A stretch of 64,000 bases of DNA from Chiloscyllium plagiosum (taxonomy: Eukaryota). The stretch covers positions 4,392,522 through 4,456,521 of the forward strand of contig NC_057760.1 of assembly GCF_004010195.1 (NCBI RefSeq), in the 5' to 3' direction. Below, in pieces: positions 12,835 through 23,904 of this stretch. The position numbers and the translations under genes are program-made. Position 1 is the stretch's first letter, and each line of letters opens with the position of its first letter. Under the pieces are notes generated by a model. The model did not search any database. It was not told the DNA's origin and was given only the letters and a program-made list of their open reading frames with translations.

Positions 12835-14035
12835 ACATATAAATTAGAAGCAAGACTAAGCTGCTCATCCCCTTCACCCTGCTACGCCATCCGATGAGAT
12901 CATGGCCGATCTGATTACTTCATGTCAGAGTCTGCCCCAGTGACCTTTCACCACCTTTGCTTAACAAGAACCTTTACCTCTGTGTTAAAAATATCCAAGG
13001 ACTCTGCTTCTACCAGCTTTTTATGTACAGAGTTCCAAAGTCTTATAACTCTGTGAGAAAAAAAACATTTTATTCATATCAGTTTTAAATAGTGACCTCT
13101 CGTTCTAAATTTACCCACAGGAGGAAACCACCACCTCCAAATTCCATCCCTGCCCAAGACTCCTCGGGATCTTTTTAATGTTTGTCAAGTCCCCTCTTAA
13201 TCTTTTAAGCAACAGTGGATACAAGACGAGCCTGTCCAACCTTTCCTCATCAGATTATCTGCTTATAATACGTAGGAGCAGAAATGGGCCATTCAGCCTA
13301 TCGAATCTGCTCTCCCATTCAGTGAGGTCATGGCCAATCTGATCATCCTTAATTTCCTTCCTGAATTAAAAAAAACGGTATCACTCAGCTTTGAAAATAC
13401 CTGATGACCCAGATCTGCCAGCCCCCTGCTTTAAAGGATTCCTTTGATTCACAGACGTTCCTTTTCATCTTTGGCTTCAATGACTGACCGTTCATTCTGA
13501 AGTGATGTCCTCTGGTTCTAGACTTTTCTACAAGGGAAAGCAACCTTTCTGCCTCTCCCCTGTTGAAATCTTTAAGAATCTTTGTCTGTTTCAATAAGGT
13601 CATTTCTCATTCTTCTAATTCTATTCTAGACATTAATCTGATAAACCTTCTCTGACTGCCTCCAATACATTTACATCCTTTCTTAAGTAAATTTGCCTGT
13701 ACTCTGTGCTCCAGACATGGTCCCTCTAATGTCCTACATAACTGATGCATTCCCTCCCTATTTTTGCATTCAATTCTGCTCACAATAAATGCTAACATTC
13801 TATTAGCTATCCTGATTACTTACAATTCACGCACGAGGAGACCCAGATCTCTGGTCTTAGAGCTCTGAATCTCTCTATTTAGAAACAGCTCTTTACTCTT
13901 CCTACTAAAATGGGCAGCTTCACACTTTTGCCCACATTTTACCAGATCTTTGTCCCCTCACTTAATCTATCTAATCCTTTGTAACTTTATTCTGTCCTCT
14001 TCACAGCTTACTTTCCTGTCTATCAATGTGTGATC
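12835..14035 (-). mobile_element. Stacked decayed CR1 fragments
   Basis: KSRTRGHHFR and MLAFIVSRIECKNRE peptides, plus CR1 3' UTR motifs. Confidence 0.75.
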
Positions 14036-14377
14036 ACACTCAACAACCAAACACCAGAAACTGACCACTCCATCCCAATCCCTGGCTAGTCCTGTTCTCC
14101 ACCTCTAGGGTGGGACTTTGGTTTGAGATGGCAGGTGGGCCTTGAGAGGGCAGGGAACAGGAGATATGGGTGAAGGGTGGCAGGGTTACTAACTGTTTCT
14201 GGTCCAGTCATTGCTCTGTTGGGTGGTTAAAATTTGCCTGAATGTGATGAACTGAGGCTGGTTTAACGCTGTTCATTGGTTGACACTTGGCTCACATGGG
14301 AAATTCATGAATTGAGGCAAAGTGGATGGGGAAGGAGAAAGCACGTCCTCATTCAATGTTGTTTCTCTTTTTGTTAG

Positions 14378-14510
14378 ACTCTGGCGGTCCCACAGAACAG
14401 GAGCTCCTGCGACACCTGGAGCAATGTGACATTGCGTTGTCCCGAACACCAGATATGAGTCCTGCAGAATCATGGGCTCATCCTATCATGTTGCGGGCCG
14501 CCTCATCCAG
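14378..14510 (+). CDS. SHKBP1: SHKBP1 penultimate coding exon
   Basis: gttag|AC ... TCC AG|gtaatt, 133 nt. Encodes SGGPTEQELLRHLEQCDIALSRTPDMSPA. Confidence 0.93.
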
Positions 14511-14585
14511 GTAATTCAATGAAAGAAAAAGAAATTTAAGGTGCAGAAAGATACAAAGTGTTTGAGACTGGGATTTGAATATCAA

Positions 14586-15015
14586 TTAGAGATAAATAAA
14601 CTGCTGTCCTGCAGTAACATTTAAGCACCTTTGCTCATCACCGGTGCAGGTGAACATTCCATGGCTGACCTGGCAATGCCTGTGGGTACTTTGTTTCTGG
14701 GCACAAGCATTCGTGGGGACCAAGGCATAGGCACAACCCCAGCCCTGTCCCTAGAAGCAAAGTGGATAGCTTGTGGCTCCCATGTAGTTTGGGGAATGAG
14801 TCTTCTCTTGATATATCAGCTCTATGCACTGACCAGAATCCACCCTTCTAAGCCTCCCACTCTGGTCTACACAAGGGGCGTTTGAGGTATCTACTGTGTA
14901 TAGGTTAAGGGGGTCCCACCTGGGAATGGCAACAAACAACGTATCTACTGACTGGGTAACATACAGTCCAATTACCATGCCAATGCACATGAGCCTTATA
15001 AAACAAAGTGTCCTC
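14586..15015 (-). pseudogene. env: ERV env N-terminal (SU) fragment
   Basis: Follows integrase. Hydrophobic leader LCFIRLMCIGMVIGLYV, then a Cys-rich frame with one internal stop, a GWGC motif and an NVT sequon. Confidence 0.6.
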
Positions 15016-15089
15016 TAGGCTGAATGCTGCAATGGCGGCTTGTGCTGTAGACTGAGTACAGTAGTCAGGCTGTTTGAGGGGACCATCAT

Positions 15090-18000
15090 TAATAGTCACT
15101 TAAATGGACCCAGCTGTTTTGTCTTTGGATCTTGACTGCAGTCGGCGTTCGCAGGAGCACTTGGTGCGGTCCTCTCCACCATGTCTGAGCTTGGGATGGT
15201 CCCAGTTTTTGATCAGCACAAACTCTCTTGTCTGCAGGTTGGGAAGTTCATTTGGGTCGTTCAAGTCCTGGTTCACTGTTTGTGGTTGTGATCCGAAGGC
15301 GTTCCTGCCGGTTTGTGAGTGAAGGCACTTTTAGAGATAAATTTGTTGCCAAAAGTATGCCTGCAATTCCTCTCCCATAATATTAAGGTCAGGTGGGTGG
15401 GTTTGTGTCTACATCCCAAGGGGTCCTATTGGGTCGGCTGTAGACTATCTCAGCTGCTGACAACTCAGTAGTTGAGTGTGGGTAATCCTGATGTGATACA
15501 GGGCCAAAAGCAAGACCTTCAAGCAGTTCAGAAGATCGTATGAGGAAAGACTGAGACACTTGGGGCTGTTTTCATTAGAGAAAAGAAGGTTTAGGGGTGA
15601 CTTGATTGAGGTGTACAAGATGATTAGGGGGTTAGATAGGGTTGACAGTGTGAACTTTTTCCCACGTATGGAGTCGGGTATTACAAGGGGGCATAGCTTT
15701 AAATTAAGGGGGGGTAGATATAGGACTGAAGTTAGGGGTAGGTTCTTCACTCAGCGAGTCGTACGTTCATGGAATGCCCTGCCAGTAGCAGTGGTGGACT
15801 CTCCCTCTTTATGGGCATTTAAGCGGGCATTGGATAGGTATATGGAGGATAGTGGGTTAGTATAGGTTAGGTGGGCTTGGATCGGCGCAACATCGAGGGC
15901 CAAAGGGCCTGTACTGCGCTGTATTCTTCTATGTTCTATGTTCAGGCTTGTTTCACATGTCAGCTTGGTCGATTTGGTTTTAAGGGTCGTGTTTGCCCTC
16001 TCCACTATGCCTGATGCCTGGGGGTGGTAGGTGCAATAGAATTGCTGTTGGATATGAAGTGCTTCACACAGCTCTGTGTTAACTTTCCCTATTAAGTAGG
16101 GATCATTGTCTAAACTAAGCTGTCGGGCCACTCCAAACCTCGGTATGATCTCTGTTAGGAGTAATCGTACCACTGCTGAGGCCGTGTTATTAGTAGTGAG
16201 AAAAGCCTCAATCCATCTACTAAATACGCCAATAACCACAAGGCAATATGTATAGCAGTGTACGCATGATAGTTCAATACGATCAAGCTGAATACAGTCA
16301 ATTGGACCAGCTGGCAAGGGAGTTTTTCCTATTACACACCACCCCCCTTGACCTGAATTATTTTGCTGATATATCAAACATGGTCTGACGTGCTTTTTGA
16401 ACTGCCTTGGTCACCAGGCCACCAGGTACGCAACATGATACTATCTCTCTCCCCCCTTGCTAGGGTCTGTGTCAGTGTGAAGGCAATCAATGAGCTTTGG
16501 TAACAAGGTATACGTACTTGACCAAATGGAGTGATCGTGAGGCCTCTTGGCATAGAGTGTGAGCACCTATGCGTCTTCTATATCTGCTTTACTGAATCAG
16601 GGGCGTCCTCCTGTAAATGCTGTACCTTGAGTTTTTGAGGCTGGTTTTCGGTTGGATGCCTGCCGGTTAATAGTGGAGACGATTGAAGCGCGAGCCCTTG
16701 CTGCAACCTTGGTGGCTCGGTCACATCTGGCTTTGCCGTGGCTGACATCTGTATGGTCCATGACATGGGCAGCACATTTGGTTGTGGCCAATTGCTTCGG
16801 GAGGAGGATGGCCTTAAGGAGCTTTTGGACCTACAGTGTTTTGTGAATAGGGGTGCCTGAGGAGGTCAGGAATTCTCAGTGGGGCCAAAGTCTGTGTAGA
16901 GATTCACTGTTTTCCCTGTGACCAAGATACAGGCTTGTATTAGCTGCTTCCAATGTGTCTGTGAGGCTTACGATTGTATATCCTGAAAGGCACTTCTGGG
17001 GTGATATTGATGAGCTACCATCCACAAAGAGAGTTAAATCCGATGTGGGCAATGGAGCATCTGAGAGGTCTGCTCTGGGGTTGTCAAGAAGTGGTTGTGC
17101 AAAAGGCAGTCATGGGGAGGATGGGGAAGCTCCTCTGGAGGGACACTGATGAAAGTCGCCCGGTTAATGGTCAAGCAGTGGGAGAAGATCAGAAGGGGGT
17201 TGTTAGGAAGGGCTAGCTCGTAACAGCCAGGTTGAGCCTGTGTAAGGTGTTGGGCCTGGTGGGAAGACAGGAGGGCTGCAATCATATGTGACAAATAGAC
17301 AGTCAAGGGTTTCTGGAGGAGTATAATGGTCGTGGCTGTCACAAGGAAGTAGATAGCCAGCAGAATTTGTGAGCAAGACAAAAGGTCCATGATGACAGAG
17401 TCAAGGCGAGTTGAGTAAAAGGCCACTGGTCACTTGTGATCTCCGTGGGTCTGGGTTAAAACAGCAGTTGTGCAGTCTTCTGGCATACATTGGAGCCACT
17501 GTTGGCAGCAGTTAACCAAGCCTAAAAAGGAATGCATCTGCTTAGCGCTCCTGGGTGGAAGGGTTTGTCAGGATGGGTGTAATGTGGTCCAGGGTCAACT
17601 GCCATTCTGAAGCACTGAGTAATTTCCCCTGGAATGTAACTTGTCGCTGGGTGCGCTGAACCTTGTTGGATAGTATATCCAATAGTGGAGGGTATTTAGG
17701 AGATGGTTGGTATCAGCAATGTTAGCAGATTCCGAGGGGCTAGCTAGGAGTAGGTCGTCCTACTCAGAACTCAGAGTTGCCGGTGCAATACCTGGGAGAA
17801 CAGAGTGAGCGAGTGGACAAATCCTTTGGGGAGGTGTGTCCAAGTGTACTGCTAACCCTTAAAGGTGAAAGCAAACAAATACGGAGCCTCCACTGCCAGG
17901 TGGAGAGCAAAGAAAACATGCTATAGGTCAACTATGGTGAAAACACAGGCGCTGGCAGGGATAGTGCTTAGAATGGTTGCAAAGTTTGGCACAACCGGGT

Positions 18001-19058
18001 GTAATGGCTGTACTATTCTATTAATCTATTGGAGATCCTGTACTAACCTCTGCTCTAGTGTCTTGCCTATGGGACAGGTAGAATAGGGGTATTACAGGGT
18101 GATTGGCAGGGAACTAGGACTCCTTGTTGGAGGAACAAGTGTATTAAAATTGGCATCCTTTCCTTTCTATAGCTTCTGGTCTTAGGGGGTATTGAGGTAT
18201 CAAAGGCAGTTCTGCTCCTGTTGTAATTTGGACCTCGATGGGATCCACAGGAGTGCACCCTACTTCATGCATAGAGGCCAACCCAAGGTCAGGAAAGGGT
18301 TCTTCTGAGGGGTTGTGTCAGGGCTGATAGTGGCGAAGTAAATCTTGCAACAGTGAAAGGGCTCGAGTAATAAGTTAACTTCTCATTGGTCAGCAGTTGG
18401 GTCTGGTCGGTGATATCAGGGTCTGACTGTTGCTGTGCTTAAAATCCCAGGGCCTTCACTCTGTATCCCTCATTCACAGACAAGGTAATGTCTGGGGGGA
18501 ACCAACCCAGGTTGGCTGCAGAGGTGGACAGGAACGTCTACCAAGTGGGCGGATCCCTGGTCACTTTCAATGTGTCCCATTACAGTAACAGTGACAGTGG
18601 ACTCTAGGAAGAGGGCTGCCAGCTCAGTGGAGGCTCTAGTGGGCTCATTACAAAGGGTTACGTGGGAATCGGGGACTTGTAGAGGAGGCGTAGAATCCTT
18701 TGGCTATAATTCAACAGCCCACCATTCTCATCAAGACAGAGAAACTCGACCTGAAAGGCACACAACAAATCCCTCCCTGCCAGGTTAATGCCTAAATTAG
18801 GGGTTTGAGCAAATCGGACAGTACAGCCATGAGTGGTTCTGTTAAGGAATACTGCCTTTCCGGCCCAGTTAGACCACTTGGGTGTATAGAGGTGGGTGAG
18901 ATCCCAAACCCGTGTTGGCGCACACAGGTCTCTAGTGTTGAGGCAGTGGTGCCGGTATCAATCATGAAGAGGATTTCTTTACCTTCGATCTTCAGGCACA
19001 CTATCGGTTCATCCTCTGGGTCTTTAGTCAGGGCAAGGTAAAGCAGAAGGAAGGTTAA
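15090..19058 (-). pseudogene. pol: ERV pro-pol (disrupted)
   Basis: Protease FMIDTG and NLAGRDLL; RT SPCNTPILPV, LVQDL, FAFTF, DDLLLASP; RNase H LFVDGSS and KCAAH; integrase VFSRWIEAF, YHPQASGIVERAN and C-terminal WRGPHQVLLRTPTAVK...WVH. Confidence 0.93.
15532..15939 (+). mobile_element. Young 5'-truncated CR1 LINE nested in the ERV integrase
   Basis: Intact ORF2 C-terminus (LGLFSLEKRRFRGDLIEVYK...FFTQRVVRSWNALP), (TTCTATG)n tail, GTTCAG duplicated at 15526-15531 and 15940-15945. A closely similar copy lies at ~29811-30005. Confidence 0.93.
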
Positions 19059-21029
19059 TCAGACTGGGAAGGTGTCTCCAGTGTAGTAAACTTGCCCCCT
19101 GCTGGGAGCTCCATATCGTGGGTGCAACAGTGGGCAGTCTCGCTGCCAATGACCATCTGCACCACAGTGAAAACAGGTCTGCATTGGCTGTGCCATTGTG
19201 CATGGGCATGGACCATCATGGGGTCAAGGGTGACTGTAATCGATTCAAAGATGCATTGCGGCTACTCGGTTGTGTGGCATATGCATGGTCATTTCCATCG
19301 ATCCACCCCTGGGGTCAATGCTGAGGTTCCATCGGATGGTTCCTGAGGNNNNNNTTTGATGTAGGGGGTGGGGGTGGTGCTACTGTATCATTTCATGCTT
19401 GACCGTAGCCTGTTTAGGACCATGGCCAGATAACACCCATCCACAAATGAGAAGAGGGCTCACATATTACTGGCAATCAATATTGTTGGTTCTAATGGCA
19501 GTAGCTATCCCCTCTGGAATACATTGTAATAGTAGGGTATTAAACTGGGGCGAGGGATTTCCTGCATTATAAGCGGTGGCCCCTGCATAGGTGGAGTATG
19601 TAGAACAAAACCGATCCCAAAAATCTGAATTGGCCTCCTCCTGCTTTGGGCAGCACTGCAAGGCTCTAGTTTACATCTACCGGTTGTTGTAGGGTTCTCT
19701 GGAGAGCCCACCCCTAATTGCCTGGATTTGTTTCCCAGCTGGGGAATGGCTCTGGAAAAGGCCTCCCAATCATTGTAACCCCCTAACTGGGTTTTCCACC
19801 TAGAACCCTCGCTTGGGGTCAAAGCCATGCAGCACAGACTGAAGAGTTCCTGAGGTGTGGCTTGATCCATTTGAATTTTTGAATTGTGCCTGTAACATAA
19901 TCAGCGAAATCCTCTGGAATTGACTTTCAGTTAGGGGTGTGGGACATGATCGAGCACATCTCTTGGGGTTTCCAGGGGGTGTAAACCTGTATAGTGGCCA
20001 CTCCCGCTGCGTCAGGGTTTGGGTTAGGGACTGTCGAGGTAGGGAACTGTCTCTGTTTGTGTTTGTGGGTGACGTAGCCGTTTCTGTTTTGGTTAGATGG
20101 GCTGGGGTTAGCTGATTCATTTGCTACCTCTCTGGGCCAGTCCATGCTCTCAGGGTCGTAATAGTGGAGCCCGTCATGCTCGCTGCCATTGTCTGGGTTG
20201 GAGTTATAAGATGTGGTGCCCTGTTCTCTGCACTTCTCAAAAGGGCCTGTCTCTTCGTCTTTCTTAGTGTTTGATTGCATCCTGAAAGCGACTGGGTCAG
20301 CGAAGCTTTAAGGAGTCTCGAACTGGTCAGGACATCCCTGTGGCTGAGGGATAGAGCGTGGGGGATGTGAAGGGTACAGTAGGGGTGGTGGGTGTGGGCT
20401 GGCACATTTGCGGTTGGGGTGTCATGACGTAAGCAGGAGTACTAGGGTGTAGTGGCTGAATGGTGGGGGTGGGGGGGTTGGAGGGTGGGAATTGCCAATC
20501 CTCCTCCGGCTCATCAGTGTCACCAATTTGGAAAAATATCAGCACACCACACACGTCCAGAAGTACCTCCGTTTTGCTGTCGGCCGGTAGCTGGGTTTGG
20601 CGCTTTAATCCTGGTTCATTGGTCTGTCTAGTGCCTCTTAACTTTTCTTGGCTTCTCTTATTTAGATCATTTGTCCTCGCACTGGCTCTTCAACACTGCC
20701 CAAGGCTTACGGTTACCCTTGTTATCACATAACTTAATCGCTTTCTGGCGTGCGTTTTTATCCCAGCTGCTCTGCTGAGATTTGTCTTTCAATTCGTCAG
20801 CAGTTATTAAACTTTTCCACTGAGTGCCTGCATTGTGCTTGTAGTTTGCCTCATTGGCCTTTAAACATTTCTCTATGTCCCACGTCCCTCCTAGTGGCCA
20901 GATTTCATTGCCCAATTTCTTATTTAAACATCCTGACAGAGGCCTGAGTCATTTCTGGTTCTGGGGGTCATCCTGGCATAATCAATACAAAGAGGTTCCT
21001 GTCCCTGACTTATCTAACGTTTGCCCCAT
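19059..21029 (-). pseudogene. gag: ERV gag (disrupted)
   Basis: MGQT myristoylation-type start, matrix motif WPLGGTWD, proline-rich segment, capsid start YTPWKPQEM, MHR-like QEEANSDFWDRF, single CCHC knuckle CFHCGADGHWQRDC (~19175-19134), TGA at 19061-19059. Confidence 0.9.
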
Positions 21030-21498
21030 AGTTATATTTTCTCTTTCTCTAACTGACTTCTATGGAACTTCTGGCAGTCTCCGTACCCGCTTCACGTTCC
21101 TGACCTTTGCGTGGGGGATTTCCCCTCTTAAGGCAAGGTGCTGAGACAGCCACAATGAAGCTGCTTTACCTGGTGTACTGCATCCCAGGCTCTGAACTTG
21201 CTATTGAGGGATTCTAGCCTCTGAATTCCAGGGTGGGGGGGGGGGGGGGCTCCAACCTCTCTGCTTCCTAGGGGTCTCTAACCCTGATTTAAAAACCTTT
21301 TCTGTACAAAGCGACTTGTTGGTGTGCAATTACCTCAAAGATTCCATCACCATTGAGTCCCAGGAGACGAGAGGTCGACTGAGTTTTAAGTTTAGAGCGA
21401 GAGATCAAGGTGGATGTTACCTTATGGGCCCATCCATCTCACTCCACCTACACGTAGGTGATAACTTATTCAGTCTGCCTGGAAACTCCGTATGTTGG

Positions 21499-21516
21499 AG
21501 TCCCACCGCTGCACCA
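21499..21516 (-). promoter_or_regulatory. Primer binding site, tRNA-Leu type
   Basis: The - strand reads TGGTGCAGCGGTGGGAC; the complement of the vertebrate tRNA-Leu(AAG) 3' end is TGGTGGCAGCGGTGGGAT (one deletion, one mismatch). Confidence 0.75.
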
Positions 21517-21518
21517 TA

Positions 21519-22202
21519 TATTAGGTTATTTTCCTGATGTTTCCAACAAGAGATGCAATTTGCACGCACCAACTTCTGCAAACAGTTAATTTATTAAAGC
21601 TTGTACAAGCTAGTTGACCCCTCTGACACTCTTCGCTGGTCATGCGAAGTTGAGTAAAAATGAGGCCCCCGGACAAAGAAAACACATCCTCTTTTATACA
21701 GGTCAGTTGGTAATGCTCATAGATACCCTGGCCACTCCCCCACCCCAATAACCATGTTACCCCAGGTACAATGGTAGTACGAGGTCATCCTCGGAGAAAA
21801 TGTAAATGTAAATGTTCCTAATCCTAGAGAAACGTTATGCAAATGATTTCCTGACTCTGTGATTCCCCAAGACAATATCAGTGTGATATGTCCTAGCTTC
21901 GGGGCAGCCCTGCAAATGGGTTCTAGCTCTGCTACTTTCCCAGACAATGTAGTTGTGATAGGCTTCAGTATCGGGGATGATCACGCAACTGAACCTGATT
22001 GGCTGGGGGATGGCTATGTAAGTATTTCTGAACGGAAGGGCCGAATGAGAGTTTAATTTGATAATAGTAGGGAAGTAGTGGTAAACGACTGACTCAATGG
22101 AGTCGGAGTCATCCACATTCCTGCATGCATGTCGTCTCTACCCACTTCCAGAATGTTCAGTTTCTGGAGGAAGACAGTACAGTTGAACCCTTTAATATTA
22201 CA
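21519..22202 (-). mobile_element. ERV 5' LTR (~680 bp)
   Basis: Starts TGTAATATTA on -. CCAAT at ~22000, TATAAAA at 21698-21692, AATAAA at 21595-21590, PBS directly downstream. The terminal CA appears mutated and the outer boundary is inferred from the TG start. Confidence 0.75.
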
Positions 22203-22415
22203 TTAATGTCCAGGGAGATAGTCCAATTTAATCTTTCAACTTTATACTATTGGGAACAAACTGTAACAGGAAAAATGCAGCAGGAAGTGAGGGTATTATC
22301 ATAAGGACGTGATCTCCAAGAGACATGGTGGTGTTTAGTTGGGATAGCATCATGGTGCTTTGTGTTCAAGTGGAAATTGTTTTGTTGCAATTCTTTCCTT
22401 TTTCTGTTGAAACAG

Positions 22416-22998
22416 CCAGTTTCAGATTGTTGATGGATTCCGTGAAAAGTTGTTGCGGAATGGCACTGGTAGCATTCGGAGAGACAGCCCCATGATGCTT
22501 AGACTGCAGGAGCGGTTTTCCAGTGTGTGCAGTCTGCAATCATCTGTTTCCAGCCGGACCTCATTGGATAAAGGTGATGTTCCCAGTGGGAGCCCCAGGC
22601 AAGTGAGATTACGCAGCTCCTCCATCCGAGCGGACGGTCCAAGCAATGAAAATGCCATTGCAGAAGGGGATGGCAGGGCAGGGCAAAGAGGAAGCTTTGT
22701 TGAGCGATGCCAAGAGTTAGCACGTTGCAATGAATTCCATGGATCCATGGATCTCCGTCGTTTTAGCCATGAGTCTGATAGATTATTGAACAGGAATAGA
22801 ACTCCAGGTCAGTCTGATTCTGTACAGGGGCTAAAAGCTACGTCACCCAGTCCAACAGTATCCGTTAGAACTGTCCCTTCCAATGTGCCATCGGCAAGTC
22901 CCTCTGTAGAGTCTCGGTTGTCAGTAACCAGTCCCCTCAGTCCAGCCATGGAGTCAGCAACTGCCAACAGACCCCGAATGAATGAGACCTCATTTTGA
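22416..22998 (+). CDS. SHKBP1: SHKBP1 last coding exon (stop TGA 22996-22998)
   Basis: The acceptor aacag| at 22415 is the only one of three nearby AGs that keeps the phase-2 frame. Contains GSFVERCQEL and the terminal RMNETSF, as in the SHKBP1 C-terminus. Confidence 0.93.
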
Positions 22999-23525
22999 TT
23001 ATCACTCATCGTCCAGTGATGCTTCACTGAAACCCAAACAATGCACTTGGTGAGCTCCTTTCATACATTTGCATGAGGTTTTGCAGCTTGACTAGTTCAC
23101 AGTAGCCAGTTCATCAGATATCTTCAAGCTATCTTTGTTGCACATTCTGACTTCTAACTGGCTCCTCCAATTGCAAATCCTGTTCTGAATCAGTAGAAAC
23201 ATCACCCAACCCAAATCAACTGTTTTTCCCTGTTTTGGGAAGCGAGATTCCGGCTCAAAAGCTGATCCCAGCTAATCCACGTGTTCTGCTTTTAATGAAC
23301 ATCGAGAGTTTCTGATGCCCAGAATCTGGTGTTATCCTCCGTTCATGTTCAAACTTCCACCTGTGGAAGACTCTTGCTGTTTAGCAGTTCACATTTTGGA
23401 AAAACTGAAATGTTAGCTCTTAAAGGATTAAAACCTGTTAGTCCTGGACAAGAGATTTGATCAGACAGCTTATGAGTCATTATATTGGTAAAGTTTTTAA
23501 TGTTTGCAAATCAGATTTTGAATGA

Positions 23526-23531
23526 AATAAA
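23526..23531 (+). promoter_or_regulatory. Candidate SHKBP1 polyadenylation signal
   Basis: AATAAA about 530 nt after the stop codon, followed by U/GU-rich sequence. Confidence 0.5.
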
Positions 23532-23904
23532 CAGTTGAAGCATTTCTTAAGTTTCTTCAACTTCTGTTGGTGCTATTTACAATATTTATTGGTGTTGGAA
23601 CTGCAGAAGTGTCTTTCACCAATGGACAGATCTCTTCCATTTACTCTCACTGTTGAATGGCTATGTATAGAGTAAACTTGATGCACTGTGACATTTCCTA
23701 TGATGGTGGGAGGTGTTTTGATGTTATGGACAGAGGTTGACAGTTGACATTAAATTCAAGTGAAGAACATCATTTATCCACAACATCGCAAAACAGCCCA
23801 TATATGCCCCATGCACAAAAAAAGGACAAATTCAACCTGGCCACTTCCTGCTTCATTAGTCTACTCTTGATCATCAACAAGTTTTCTTTTAATTCATTCA
23901 CAGA

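Larger units (their letters stand above)
14586..22202 (-). mobile_element. Degenerate class I (gamma/epsilon-like) endogenous retrovirus, 3'-truncated, antisense in the last SHKBP1 intron
   Basis: Order on the - strand is LTR, PBS, leader, gag, pro, RT, RNase H, integrase, partial env. Many stops and frameshifts; no TM region or 3' LTR found. A 6-N assembly gap lies at 19349-19354. Confidence 0.93.

Noticed and set aside
21835..22116. 93-aa ORF in the LTR U3 as a retroviral accessory gene
   Set aside because: Non-ATG start, no recognisable motif, and length compatible with chance. It would need conservation across LTR copies.
73..22998. Calling the + strand gene KCTD3
   Set aside because: The linker ([14 protein letters not shown]) and C-terminus (GSFVERCQEL, NETSF) are SHKBP1-specific.
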